Positions 25,983 through 39,651 of a DNA stretch of 64,000 nt are shown in pieces (within the stretch, counting starts at the first letter, position 1; each line of letters begins with the position of its first letter). Location of the stretch: positions 53,108,875 through 53,172,874 of the forward strand of contig JASCQW010000081.1 in assembly GCA_030264375.1 (NCBI GenBank), given 5' to 3'. The translations under genes were made by a program, and so were the position numbers. Origin of the DNA: Carcharhinus longimanus. Taxonomy: Eukaryota. Below the pieces are notes generated by a model, which was not told where the DNA came from, searched no databases, and saw only the letters and a list, made by a program, of their open reading frames with translations.

Positions 25983-26056
25983 TTGCACGAATCAATGACA
26001 TAAACCACGTCATTAATGGTAATACTTGTTTCTGCAATGTTTGTGGCCAAAATAAC
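25983..26056 (-). CDS. DHX9: DHX9 exon 19
   Basis: 74 nt; [25 protein letters not shown]. Confidence 0.97.
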
Positions 26057-26740
26057 CTGGAGGTAGTAAAGCATACAGCATATATAATTAAAACAAAGTG
26101 CACTGCTTACAACTTCATAAACTCAATGCATTGTCCTAATCATAGAACAGTTCAACACTTCTCAGGATGTCAAAAATGTCATCTATTTTATAGATCTCAA
26201 AAGCTGATCATTTACTACAGGTTGGACGTAAAATTGCATTGTCTCAAGTAGAAGACAAGTCTTTCAATCATCTCTCCTACCGTTCCCAAAAAGAACTTAA
26301 TCAAGGATTGTGTTGGGGCAGTAGGAGGCAGAGGTGCAGAAGTACTTCCCATGTCTCAAACATCTGTATTTTTCCTGAATTTTAAGTGGCTAAGATCAAC
26401 ATCCAGGATGCAAACCATCCTTCTTGATATTTTAAAGTTAATTTGCTAAAACGTAATTCTTTGCCAATAGTAATTTAAGAAAAGATATTTGTGTGCCACA
26501 TATCATTGCACCCATGAGATGCCACTACCTCAATTTTAATCAATATTAAAAAAAATTTCCACAATCAAATTGCCAGGAGACTTTATGTTTCTCACCCCTA
26601 CCATTGAAAAACTACAGCATCAAGCTTCATATTTTACCACTGGAGTCAAAATACTATTTATACTACCAACTAGTTAAGGGCCGAGTAACATTACTTGCAT
26701 GTTAAATGCACATTTGGCTCAAAATAATAATTTATCTTAC

Positions 26741-26835
26741 CTTTCTGACTCCTGATGGCACAGGATCAAACACTCTGCGTTGTTCTTCCCTTGGAATCTG
26801 CGAATGTAACGGCAAAATTCTGTATCTGTGGCTTC
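26741..26835 (-). CDS. DHX9: DHX9 exon 18
   Basis: 95 nt; [32 protein letters not shown]. Confidence 0.97.
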
Positions 26836-27663
26836 CTGTTAAGTAGAGGGTTTTAACATTTATTGTACCATAAACTGTACTGGCATTATAAAAGGAAATG
26901 GCTTATAAATCAGTAATACTGAAAACAAATCTGGTGATTCTAAGTCTTTTAAAGTATGTTAAAGCTGTGTTAGCTTAAAAAAATTAGTTTAACAACATTA
27001 AAGGTGCATGCAATATCTGAGAACTAAAAGTCAAGCAATGGAAACTTACTTGGTTCACAGTTTCAATTTATTAAGCAGTCATTTCTTTTAAATTATTCTA
27101 TACTCAAGTTTTCTGCATAGACTTTAAACTTGCATAGTTCAAACATTATGATTTAACATAGAAAAATTCTCAACCATATTAGTGAGTTAATCAGAGTAGT
27201 CAGTACTGAAAGCTATTGAGGAAAAGAATGTGAGAGAGCTTCCACCTGTGTTTCACACCCCTCAAGATTTTGAGCTCTCCAGAATATAGGAAAAAAAATT
27301 ACAGCACAAACAGGCCCTTCAGCTCACAAGTTGCATCAATCATATCTCTACCTAACTACAATATAATTAAAATAAAAAATGATTAATGTCTTGTAATTTT
27401 CACATGAATTACTTGTGAAAAATAGATCAATGATGTAGTAGTTATGCTATTAGAAAAGAACAGGCACAGGCACAATGGCCTGACTGTTCTCCTTCTATGC
27501 TGTGTTTAAAACTCAAGTTGTGAAAATCATTAAGAGATCATTTGTGGATTGCCACTGATAAAAATGATCAGTCTCATTCACTGCTTCACTCAAAGGATCT
27601 GATTAAAAATCAGGGATTAGGTGCCACACTGAATCAGAGCATCGCCATTTCACTTCCCCTGAT

Positions 27664-28507
27664 TGTGATGATACAGTGCCTTTAAGAAATGCGTGCATGT
27701 CATGCTTCTTCTAAAGGTTGCGTTTGTAAGCCAACTCTGTTTAACAATGCCAAATTGTCTACATCTCGCACACCAGCTGCTGATACTGCAGTAGGTTAAT
27801 TGTTCCTAATTATTGAAGTTTTTTTTTAAAATCTGGGGTAATGCAGTTTTGTTATGTTAAGGTTGTCCCTGGGGTTTTTAGGGTAGTGTTTGATTGACAA
27901 GAAAATAAGGCCAAAAAAAAATAGCAGGCAGTTGCTATTTGGTTTTGAACAGGGCAGCACCTCTTCTTTCTTTCTGGAAATTGAACTCTGGGGACCTACT
28001 AGAAAATAGATATAACACTCCAGAAGGCAAGAGACATTTTCTCCCTCACTCATTCTGGAGTTCTGCTGTATGAAAACAGGTTTTCCTGTGGAGGTTGCTA
28101 TTTGAGAGTCAGAAGACATGTGTCCCTCTGTATCTCTGTCCAGAGGTGTTAACAAGCTGGAAGACTAACAACTCACGTAAGCCTATGTGTGTTTGCTAAC
28201 TGATTCTGAAGACGAGTTTACATCTGTGATGAATATTGCTTAAATTGGAATGAATAGAGATAGCTAACAATTAAGATTTATACCTTGTTTTCAAGTATTT
28301 CAATTGGCAGAAGTTATGCTAATTCTTTCTGTTATTTAAACTGCATTGTTAAATAACGGTTGGTTTAATAAAGACTTCCTAATGGGTCAATAGAATCACA
28401 CCCGGAGTGAAATACATTATGCTCACACTAATGCCAAAATCAAAAACAGTTGGGAATGTAGGCTAACTTCATAACATACCTTGGAGTTTCTGCTCTGGTC
28501 CCTAATA
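27664..28507. mobile_element. Solo LTR (Gypsy-like) with 4-bp TSD
   Basis: Starts TGTGA and ends TAATA (decayed TAACA); flanked by TGAT at 27660-27663 and 28508-28511; shares motifs with 50364-51080. Confidence 0.7.
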
Positions 28508-29200
28508 TGATCCAGATTTGGCAAATACAAGTGACCTTTGTTCAAACATTGAAAAATATTTACCACTGCCAAACGGCTAAGTGAATTCACACGGTGACTA
28601 ACTGAGCCATGGAGACCAGGAATATCCTAGCCTTTGACCACAGTTCCTCGAGTTATCTGATCCTGCACAGAATCCCTATGAAGATGCTAAAATTGGTTGC
28701 AATGCCCTTGGATTTAGGGAGGTGAAAATCATCCAGAGTTCCTGCTCCTAACCATTATCTATCTTGAAGAATGTGTGTGCCTGCGCACCAGCACCCATAT
28801 AGTTATGCAAAAGCATGAAATTGGGAATTGAGAAATAAGATGGTGGAATGTAAGAAGAAATTTCAAGAAAAACAGAAGTAAAATATAAATAACTTTGAAA
28901 AATGAGGCTTGCTAGGTTAATTGGGAAAATAGCAGAAGCAATCTTGTCCTTAAGCCTTTCTCATATTCTTCTTTGTGATTCAGTGGTAGAAGCTTGGAAG
29001 CAAATCTTAAGTATTTTGCATGATCCATTGAAGGGAAACAAAAGTTTAAGTCAACAACTCCTTCCTCCCACTTAGTAAATTGACAAACCAAGAACTAATA
29101 GCACGAAAAGACTATTAAGTTCATGGGTCATAATGAGCAATTTCAAGATGTCAACACACACTTGAAAAGAAAAGTACAATAAAATAAGGCAAATACATAC

Positions 29201-29414
29201 CAAAATATGGGTTTGTTTCCAGATGTCTTTGCATTGCAAAAATCAAGTTCCAGCCTGGTAAGAAAACAAGAACTGCCCCATCTACATCCAGTGTTTCAAT
29301 GTACTTAAGCAAAGCTTCTATCAGTTCAAAAGGGGTCTCTTTTTCACTCATTTGAGCCATAGCACGTTTGGTTTCTGGCCCATAATCATCACCACAGATA
29401 TTGTTACAGTTCAC
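29201..29414 (-). CDS. DHX9: DHX9 exon 17
   Basis: 214 nt; VNCNNICGDDYGPET...GAVLVFLPGWNLIFAMQRHLETNPYF. Confidence 0.97.
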
Positions 29415-29509
29415 CTAGTAAGGTAGAGATCCTTCATTAAATTCAAAAAACTCGACTGCAACATCAATAAACTGACATTATTTCAAACACAACCAATATC
29501 CATTTTATT

Positions 29510-29798
29510 TATTTACTGGTGTCACAAATAAGCTTACATTAACACTGCAATGAAGTTACTGTAAAAATGCCCTAATCGTCACACTTGGCGCCTGTTTGGG
29601 TATATTGAGGGAGAATTTAACATGGCCAATGCACCTAACCAGCACACCTTTCAGTGGGAGGAAACTGGATCACCCGGAGGAAACTCACAGGTATGGGGAG
29701 AATATGCAGATTCCGCACAGTGACCCAAGTTGGGAATCGAGCCTGGGTCCTTGGTGCCATGAGGCAGCAGTGCTAATTAATGTGCCACCTTGTTGCCC
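29510..29798 (-). mobile_element. HE1-related SINE with a different tail
   Basis: HE1 head and core with tail cttacattaacactgcaatgaagttactg. Confidence 0.8.
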
Positions 29799-30522
29799 AG
29801 AGATCCAAGCTGCTACCTGCAACTCCAAGAAAAGCATAAATTGCTCTATTTCTTTGCATAATTATATTAAATATATTTTTTTCTCATTTGATTACATTTT
29901 TCAACTTCAAATTTAGATCTTTAGGCAATAACAAATTCAAACCTCCAGTGCAATGTTTCAAATAAGATCCTGGATTGAAAGATGTAGAGTTTGCTTGAAT
30001 TTCAGGTTTGTCAGATTGAATAAAGAGTACAGGATTCAAAGCATCAAGAATAATTGCACACTGCCAACAGAAAGTTTAATAACAATATCTATTGCATTTT
30101 GTTACTCCTCATTAAAAAAAAAAGTGCCACTTTTGTGCAACTGCCAGTTGGAGGTGAGACAAGCAAATATGACTCTGGATATAATGTACACTAAAACTTC
30201 TTCCACTAAAACTGCAAGGTGGATTCCATGAAGGCTTTGTTTGTCCAGTGATTAACTGAGACATGCAGATATAAGTTCCTATGTTTGTTCATTGATCTAT
30301 GCTGACCTGATCATAGCTGGGACAGCAGTAAATGTACTACATCTGCTCAGTACAATAGGTCCTCTGTGGAGGATTAGTGTGACAGCCAAGCTGGTGTATG
30401 GAGAGGAATTACAGAGCTCTCCCACTAGAATAGTAATAGTAATTTACATATGCTATAAAAGCACAAGTTAAGAAAATTTGAACAGTTAAAAGATCCCAAT
30501 CAGAATTCAGTTCTTTTTATAC

Positions 30523-30626
30523 CTCCTCATCATCTCCACCACCATCCTCATCTTTATCTTTCTTTTTCTTGTCTCTTGGAGGAGGAACAAAGCGAGTCAT
30601 CTGTATGCAATCTTCTAAGAAATATT
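30523..30626 (-). CDS. DHX9: DHX9 exon 16
   Basis: 104 nt; EYFLEDCIQMTRFVPPPRDKKKKDKDEDGGGDDEE. Confidence 0.96.
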
Positions 30627-30829
30627 CTGAAATAATCAGCAAAGGTATTTAAAGCATGAAAATCATCAAGGCAGTTAGTAACATGAATATGAAATCTAAA
30701 AAGGCAGGACACTTTTTAACAATGGTGAAAATCTACAGCAATTGCCATTGGTTTACGCTACCTGACATAAAATTCAGAAATTTCTTGAAAATTTTTCAAA
30801 GTTCTGGGGATCATATTCCACTGGGGGAG

Positions 30830-31215
30830 CGCATTGGAAGGTAGGTCTGCTGAGGAACAGTGGAGGATCTTTAAGGAGATCTTTCTTGGTGCTCAGCANN
30901 NNNNNNNNNNNNNNNNNNNNNNNNNNNNNNNNNNNNNNNNNNNNNNNNNNNNNNNNNNNNNNNNNNNNNNNNNNNNNNNNNNNNNNNNNNNNNNNNNNGA
31001 ATTCTCTGCCCGTTGAAGTGGTGGAGGCTGCCTCGCTAAATACATTTAAGACGCGGGTTGATAGGTTTTTGATAGAGAAGGGGATTAAGGGTTATGGGGA
31101 GAGGGCGGGAATGTGGAACTGAGATACGACAGATCAGCCACGATCTTATTGAATGGCGGGGCAGGCTCGAAGGGAGAGATGGCCTACTCCTGCTCCTATT
31201 TCTTATGTTCTTATT
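30830..31215 (+). mobile_element. Young CR1 LINE (ends visible, body in a 100-N gap)
   Basis: EEQWRIFKEIFLGAQ...NSLPVEVVEAASLNTFKTRVDRFL; tail atggcctactcctgctcctatttcttatgttctta. Confidence 0.85.
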
Positions 31216-31784
31216 TTCTTACGATTTCATCAAATATTTATATTATTTTCTATAGCTCTTGCATACAGCATTAAAACAAATACGACAATAAAATTTGAAA
31301 ACAATTTGGTAGTCATTTTTTTAAAAAAAGCAACTATTTCATAAAACACTTTCAGCACTGAAGCACCCCTGTTGCTACACTAAACCTCTTTCTCTAGAAT
31401 GTCTAGTTTTTACAGTATATCAAAGTGTAATTTTTAATAACTTATTTTGATTAGACTTGTATGTTGAAGCATCAGAATGACTATGACAGTAATAGATCAA
31501 TTATTCTTGCTAACCACCCATCTTAAAAGACAGTCCAACCGTACGAGGATTGATATGTCTTTAGTGTATAACCTCAAATTAGCTTGGTGAATGATGCTGC
31601 CTAAAACCTATTCCAATAAAATTCTTCAGTGATTAAATTTACACAAACAACTAATCAAAAAGTGATACAAGTGTGTATAACTTAAATTATACATAACCTC
31701 AAGTTACAAAATAAGTAACTATACATTAAGTATAATCCTTAATTTGCAGCTCATGCGCAATGCATTCCACCAGTTTTTACGTAC

Positions 31785-31941
31785 CTTGAACAGGAAATGT
31801 TCTTCCAAATACTTCAATTATTGGGCAGTTAAAGTAATACTCTCTGAACATGGTGGTGTCAATAGTGGCAGACATGAGAATGACACGGATATCAGGATAA
31901 GTTTGAACAACATCCCGCAAAACCACAAGGAGAAAATCCGT
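31785..31941 (-). CDS. DHX9: DHX9 exon 15 (SAT motif)
   Basis: 157 nt; TDFLLVVLRDVVQTYPDIRVILMSATIDTTMFREYYFNCPIIEVFGRTFPVQ. Confidence 0.97.
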
Positions 31942-32669
31942 CTGAAAGAGATTTAAGAAGTTTAGGATCCATGAAAGCAGTTCACTACATAGGAGTTCAC
32001 ATTTGGGAAAAAAAGCGATGGCTACCTTATGGCATATAAGTCCACCTTGGCAGCCTCTAAATATCTTTCCGAATAATACGCAAGTATAAAAATGTCAGCT
32101 ACTGGTGTGGGTGGTCATCATTTTGAAATGTGAAGAGAAATACCAGCAGTAATTCATAGCAAATTAATGTGGCATAGTTTATTGAATTAATTACTTTTAC
32201 AAAGATATCTCAGTCAAAGAAAAGGATTGTTCCAGAGAGACAACAGGGACTCAGTGGGCCAAATTGCCTCCTTTTGTGCTAAAAGGATAATGACTTTTTG
32301 TCCCCCTTTTTTCAATCTAACACATCTAATTTGCAGCCTTTTCACTTTGTCAAAGGTGCCTTGTGTTAAATAACCAAACATCTACACTAACAATGGTCAA
32401 TGAAAAGTGGTGAATAGCTGAATGTCTGCAAATTCTGATCATTCACATAACATGCATCTTAAAGCTAACAGACTTGATTGCATTCCATCTTACTCTCATC
32501 CCACCTAATACTACACAATTTCTGACATAGTGCTATCAGTCTCTGCAAATCTTTTGTGCAGCTTGCTTTTTCTTGCTGATGTTTCACTTTGGTTTCAATC
32601 GCTCTAGTTTAAACCCTCCCCAGTAGCACCAGCAAACATATTCTACAGCAATATTCTCAGTCAAATGAA

Positions 32670-33772
32670 GAAAATAAGACCAGGACGGCTGATGAGGGCA
32701 GGGTGTGGATGCAGTCTATGTAGACTTCAGTTCCACAAAAGCTGCTTTGGAAGGTTAGATCATATAGAATCCAGGGAGAACTGGCAAACTTGATATACAA
32801 TTGGCTTGATGGTAGGAAGCAGAGCGTAATGGTGGAAGGATGTTTGTCAGACTGGAGGCCTGTGACTAGTGGTATGCCTCAGGGATCAGTGCTGGGCCCG
32901 TTGCTGTTTATTATCTATATCAACAATTTATGAGAATGTACAAGGCATGATCAGTAAGTTTGCAGATGACACTAAAATAGGTGGTATTGTAGACAGCGAT
33001 GGTGGTCATCAAAAATTGCAGCAGGATTTTGATCAGCTGGGGAAATGGGTCGAGAAATGGCGAGTGGAGTTCAATACAGATAGGTGTGAGCATTTTGAAT
33101 GGTAGGACCCTAAGAAGTACCATGGAACAAAGGGTCCTTGGAGTTCAGGTGCATGGTTCTCTAAAGGTGGAGTCACAGTGAAGGCAGCTTTTGACATGCT
33201 GGCCTTCATCAGTCAGGGCACTGAGTATAGAAGTTGGGTAGTTATGTTGCAGTCCTACAGGATGTTGGTGAGATTGCACTTGGATGGCCTTAGTTTTGGT
33301 CATCTTGCTATAGGAAAAATATTATTAAACTGGAGAGTGCAGAAGAGGTTTACAAGGATATTGTTGGGACTGAACTACAGGAAGATTAGACAGGCTAGGA
33401 CTTTCTTCTTTGGAGCATAGGAGACTGAGGAGTGATCTTAAAAAGGTGTATAAGATCATGAGTGGCATGGATAGGGTGAATGCACTCAAACTTTTCCTAG
33501 GGTTGAGGAATTGAGAACTAAAGGGCATAGGTTTAAATTAAGAGGGGAAAGAATTAATGGGAACCTGAGAACGTTTGTGGAGTGAGCTGCCACAGGAGTG
33601 GTTGAGGCAGGGACATGGACAGCATTTAAAATGCATTTGCATACATGGATAGGAAAGGTTTACAGGGATATTGGCCAAATGCAGGCAAGTGGGGTTAGCT
33701 TAGATGGGCATTTTGGTTGGCATGGACCACTTCGGGCCAAAGGGCCTGTCTCCATGCCATTGATTCTATGAG
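32670..33772 (+). mobile_element. CR1 LINE 3' fragment
   Basis: MISKFADDTKIGGIVDS motif; tail gggccaaagggcctgtctccatgc. Confidence 0.9.
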
Positions 33773-34305
33773 TCTAAGAATAATGCTGACATGAATTGAA
33801 GTTTTGTTCCGGACATGGGGATAATTTATCCCAAACAATATAGGACAGGTATTAGCATACAACACAATAAAGCAGTGTCTCATGTGTGGCTTTGCTCAGC
33901 TAAGATTCTGGCTGATAATCTGGAAAAAATGGTTGAAACACTGCTGCACCGTTAACTTCTGGGACTTGCTGTAGATTTTACACAGAATGAGACCTTGACA
34001 AAGGGATTGCCATTAAATATGTGCAGGAACTTGCAAAAATCTGGGCCTTCTGAATTGGAATCTGTAGCCAACACAGAATGCTGTTTTTGCCAATTCTGTA
34101 GAACGATGCAAAAACAAATGGACTTGATGTCTGCAGAGGCATACTTCCCTGACTGGGGATGGTGTCTACAGCATATAGAATGTAAGACAACTGACAGGAA
34201 AAGAAATCCCCATCAAAAAAATTGAAATGACAGAAAAGAACATTAAAGTGGAGGACAGATACATTGGATGTCCAACTGGAAGTAAAAAAATGTGCAAATA
34301 CTCAC

Positions 34306-34388
34306 ATTAATGTCCCTCTCATGGATTTCATCCACTATTACATGGCTTATACCACGAAGGCCAGCTTCTAATTTCCTTAGCAGTACAC
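34306..34388 (-). CDS. DHX9: DHX9 exon 14 (DEIH box)
   Basis: 83 nt; [28 protein letters not shown]. Confidence 0.97.
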
Positions 34389-34899
34389 CTAAGTTAACAA
34401 CAATCATCAATTTCATTAAGTACAAAGAAATCTATTTGACATCTATGTCAAGCTTTCAGGTAGATTGCATCAGGTCACTCCTGGTCTACTAAAAGATGAG
34501 ATATCATTTTTGCAACCTACACAGGCTCTGCTGAGAATTTCTGTAACATATATACAGGCAGCTTTCTCTGTACTCACACTAGCCTTCTATTAATTTTCAA
34601 AATCCTACCACAGAATCAGAGAATGGTGAGACCATACAACCTGTTGTGTCTGGAAGAGCAACTCACCCAATCCCACTCTTCCTATAATCCTGATCTTTTT
34701 TTTTCCCTCTTCAAATATTGATCCACTTATGTTTTGAAAGCCATCATTGAATTTGCCTCCACTACACACTCAGGAAAATGCATTTGAGATCTAACCACTT
34801 GCTGTATTGATCAAATTTCCTCATTTTTGTTCCAGGCGATAAAACACTCCACTTTCAAAAGCAAAATATCCTGAATTGGATTCTCAGCAAGTCAAATGG

Positions 34900-37800
34900 G
34901 AAATAAAAACAGAAAATACTGGACTAACTCCAGGGAGAACTGGCAAACTTGATATACAATTGGCTTGATGGTAGGAAGCAGAGCGTAATGGTGGAGGGAT
35001 GCTTGTCAGGCTGGAGGCCTGTGACTAGTGGTATAGAACATAGAACATAGAACATTACAGCGCAGAACAGGCCCTTCGGCCCACGATGTTGCGCCGACCA
35101 GTTTTNNNNNNNNNNNNNNNNNNNNNNNNNNNNNNNNNNNNNNNNNNNNNNNNNNNNNNNNNNNNNNNNNNNNNNNNNNNNNNNNNNNNNNNNNNNNNNN
35201 NNNNNAGCGATGGTGGTCATCAAAAATTGCAGCAGGATTTTGATCAGCTGGGGAAATGGGTCGAGAAATGGCGAGTGGAGTTTAATACAGATAGGTGTGA
35301 GCATTTTGAATGGTAGGACCCTAAGAAGTACCATAGGTCTGGCAGCATCCATGGAGAGAGAAACAGTTAACATTTTGAGTCCATCTGACCCTTCTATAGA
35401 ACTGAAAAGTGATTAAAAAGATATGATTAATTATGTACGGGGGGGAGGGGGTGGGTCAGAATGGGAAGTCAATGATAGACTGGAACTAAAGATAGATTGT
35501 TAATGGTGTCATAGACATGAAACAAAGGGGCTGTTAATGGTGCCACTGGGGACTGAAAAGTGACAATAGTGACAAAGGTAGGATAGCAGGATGTTTAATA
35601 GGAAAACAAAGGTCAGTTCAGTGCTCAGTGGGGGCAAAGCGGAAAAACAAGGAATAGTGACCATGTGGGGGAGGGGTGAGTAGCATTGGAACAAGCCAGA
35701 GAAACTGAGGCAGGGGAGGGGGTGTGTGTAGAATTCAAACATTTAGTTCAGTGGGCTGTAACATGCCCAATTGGAAGATAAGGTGTTGCTCTCCCACTTT
35801 GCTTCACTGGAGCAGTGCATCAGGCTGAGGACTAACAGTGGGCACATGGGCAGTCACCTCATGTGGATTTCAACTGAAGTTCCATCCTTCATGATTTGAA
35901 TCCACCTAGGATTACAGATATCTCCATGACATACAATGCTCCTCAGACTGCTATTCTCGCTGCATTTGGAGATCTACACAGTACCATATGCCACCAGCAG
36001 CACCCAAAGTCATGCTTATCACTAATTTCATTTCATTCTTCACATCACCCAACACGAACAAAAAGCTCTCTTTCTTTCAGGTATTAAAGAATGCAAGCTC
36101 CAGCGACTTACTGATCCCAATGTCGATCCAACACCTCCACACTTTTCTCGTCCTTCTGATCCTATCCTTCTTCCAATCTCAGTCCTTGCTATGTATTCAT
36201 AATGACCTCTGACCTTCTCCTCTCTGATGCCAAACATTCAGTACTCAGCAAAGGACTCCACTTTATCTCGTTACACCCTTACCTGATGAACTGCAGGTTG
36301 GCATTACGCTGAACTCTTCTTGTTGCCTTCACTTCCATGCTCACTTCTTTGGGCGGGAGAACGTACCTGATTCAATGGACTTTTTCATCAGCCTCCAGTC
36401 TTCTCCCTCTAACCTCCGACCAGTCTTCAATCTTTTCATTGAGAACTGGTGGAGCAGCCTTGACTGGCTCAATTTTTCGTACCCGCGACAATGTGACTCC
36501 TTCTGAACTTGCTACACTCCATTTTCTCAAGTCCAATCCTGACTGGGTTATCAAACTTGCTGACAAGGGTACTGGTGTTGCTTGTATTGTCTGGCAGACT
36601 GACCTTTACCATGCAGAGGCTGAGCCAACTTTGACATTTCCTCCTACCTCCCATTGGACCATGGCCCCACCACTGAACATGAAGCCATTGTTTCCAGGAC
36701 TGTCACTGACCTCAACACCTCTGGAAATCTTCCCTCCACAGCTGCCAACCTCTTGGTCCTCCAACCCTACACAGTTCACTCCTTCTTGGTTCTCAAAGGC
36801 CACAACAAGGGCTGCCCAGGAAGGCTCATCATATCAGCCTGTTTCTGGTCACTCTTTCTTTCCCTATCTTGACTCAATTTTCATTGTCCCTTGTCCAGTC
36901 TCTTCTGCATTTGTGATTCCTCTGATGCCGTACGTCACATCAATCATTTCCACTTCTTGCCCCAGTCACTGCCACTTCACAATGGACTTCCAATTCTTCT
37001 ACATTTCCACCCCACTTCAGGAGGTTCCAAGGGCTTTCCACTTCTTCCTCAAGCAGTGATCTGAACAATCCCCATCCATCATTACTCTCCTCTGCCTAGG
37101 CGAGCTCATTCTCTCACTTAAAAATTAATCCTTTAACTTATTTCACTTCCTGCAAATACAAAGTGTGGCAATGGGTACTCGCATGGGCATTGTCTTTTGC
37201 CTGGATTTCATGGAGGATATGAAACATCCCTTGTTCCAGTCTTACTCTGGTCCTTCCCCACAACTCTTTCTCCACTACATCGATGACTATAAATCAGTGT
37301 CACTTCATGCTTTCATCTAGACCTGGAAAAAACAATTGAATTTGCTTCCAATTTTCCACCCCTCTCAAGCCTTCACATGATCTATCTTCGTCACTCTCCT
37401 TTCTTGACCCCACTCTGTCTCTACTTCTAGTGATAGACTGACCATCAATATTCATTACAAAACTATTGACTCCCACAACTACCTCAACAACAGCTCCTCA
37501 CACCCCACTCCTTGTAAGGACTACATCCCAATCTTTCAGTTTCTTTTTCTCCACTGCATCTGTTCTGATGATGCCACCTTCGAAAACAGTGCTTCGGTCT
37601 TGTTTTCCTTTTTCCTCAATAGAGGTTTCCTCCCACACCTCTGCCCTCACCGCTTCCCCTACCCACCTCCAGAACCGTGACAGAGTCCCTTCTGCTCTCA
37701 CTTTCAACTCCACAGTTATACTCAAAGGATCATCCTCTGCCATTTCCTGCATGATGTCATCAATAAACACATCTTCCCCCATTATCAGCATTCCACCAGC

Positions 37801-38300
37801 ACCACTCCCTCTTTGACATATGTCCACTCCTCCATTGCACCCAACCCTTCATCCCTTTCCCATGCCATTGCAGAAACTGCAACATTTGCTCCTTTACCTC
37901 CTCCCTTCTCACTGTTCTAGTGCTTAAACACTCCTTTCAGGTTAAAACTGAATTTCACTTGCATCTCCTTCAACTGGGTCTGCTGTATTCGCTGCTCCCT
38001 ATGCAGTCTTCTCTACGTTGCGGAGACTGGTGACTACTTTGCAAAACATCTTCACTTTGTCCACAAGCATGACCTCAACCTTCCGGTCACTTACAATTTC
38101 AACTTAGCACTTTGTCCTCATGCCTAAGTCTGTCCTTCCTGTAATGCTCCAGTGAAGCCCAATGTAAACCAGAAAACCACCTCACCCTCCAGTTAGGCAT
38201 GTTACAGTCCTCTGGATTCAACAAGTAGTTCAATAATTTTGACCCTCCATCATGACTCCCCCAAACCTGTTTTCTGTCTGAGTTTCCCTGGCTTGTCTCG
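34900..38300 (+). mobile_element. Degenerate Penelope-like retroelement (RT + GIY-YIG) with an inverted 5' pseudo-LTR
   Basis: VIKLADKG, TMDFQFFYISTP, VAMGTRMG and YIDD motifs; CIRCSLCSLLYVAET near 37985; 35757-35830 is inverted relative to 38120-38205. Confidence 0.8.
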
Positions 38301-38409
38301 GCACTACCCACCCCTTAAAATCTATGAAAATTAATTTTATATGTAGCCTGCAGACTCTCTGATACAAAGCAAAGTAACCCACAAAGGGAAAAGGGCCGGA
38401 CATTATTGG

Positions 38410-39278
38410 ATGGGTAGTTAAGTGAGACGGAGTATCTTGGGCTACAAGAAGAAATAGACAAAATGGTCAAAGGAGCAAATAAGTGGCAGATGGAATTTAA
38501 CCCTGAAAAGTGTGAGGCAACACACTTTCGAAGAATTTGACATGAATGGTAGGATATGAGGAAGCTCTGTGGAACAAAGGGACCTTGGCATATTTGTCCA
38601 CAGGTCTTTGAAGGAAGGGTATGTTAGTAGATTGCTGAAGAAAAGCATATGGGACACCTATCTTTATCAATCAAGGCACAGATTACAAAAGCAGAGAAAT
38701 CATGTTGGAATTGGTGAGGCCACAGCTAGAGTATGTGTGCAGTTCTACTTGCCACATTATTGAAAGGATGTGATGGCTGTGGAGGGGATGCAGAGGAGAT
38801 TCACCAGGATGCTGTTTGGGATGGAACATTTAGGTTAAGAGAGTTTCGATAGGCTTGGGTTGTTTTCATTAGAACACAGACGACTGAGGGGCGACCTGAT
38901 TGAGGTTTTTCACGATTATGAGAGACGTGGACAGAGTGGATAAAGAGCAGCTATTCCCCTTAGTTGAAGAGTCAGTCACAAGGAGACATAGATTGAAGGT
39001 CTNNNNNNNNNNNGAGAGCGAGAGAGAATGGGAGGAAAAATTTTTCTACCCAGGTGGTGGTGACGGTCTGGCATGTGCTGCCTGGGAGGATGGTAGACAC
39101 GAATTGCCTCACATCCTTTAAAAAGTATCTGGATGAGCACTTGGCACATCGTAACACTCAGGGCTCTGGGCAAAGTGCTGGCAGATGGGATGAGGTGTGA
39201 ATTCAGGTGTTTCTAATGCATCAGGTGTGAACTCAACGGGCCAAAGGGTCTCTTCTGTGCTGAATGATTCTGTGATTG
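38410..39278 (+). mobile_element. CR1 LINE 3' fragment
   Basis: WQMEFNPEKCE and EQRDLGIFVHRSLK motifs; tail ctgtgctgaatgattctgtgatt. Confidence 0.88.
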
Positions 39279-39509
39279 TTGCTCAGGAACCCCTTCAGTC
39301 AGCTTAACATTTAATTTCAATGGGATCTTTTAAAAGTACAACTGCGTTCTAATTTTCCCCAGATACCAACCATCCCTTACTTAGATGAGAATGTCTCAAC
39401 AGCTCTTTACTCAAAACCGAAACAAAATTTTGAAATTTGCTTGTTAGCTTTATATTTTCTGACAAAACAATTTTATTACAAGACAGCTATCTTGCAATGC
39501 AATACTAAC

Positions 39510-39651
39510 CTACAGTACAGAACATTATGCTGCCATGTGGTCTTGGCAATATGGATTCAAAACGAACACTGTAACCACAACTCTTGCCTAATTCTTCTCC
39601 ACGTTCACAACCAACACGTTCTGCAACTGACACAGCACTAATGCGTCGAGG
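39510..39651 (-). CDS. DHX9: DHX9 exon 13
   Basis: 142 nt; [47 protein letters not shown]. Confidence 0.97.

Noticed and set aside
36337-37059. 240-aa ORF as a novel gene
   Set aside because: It is a frameshifted mosaic of a decayed Penelope-like RT.
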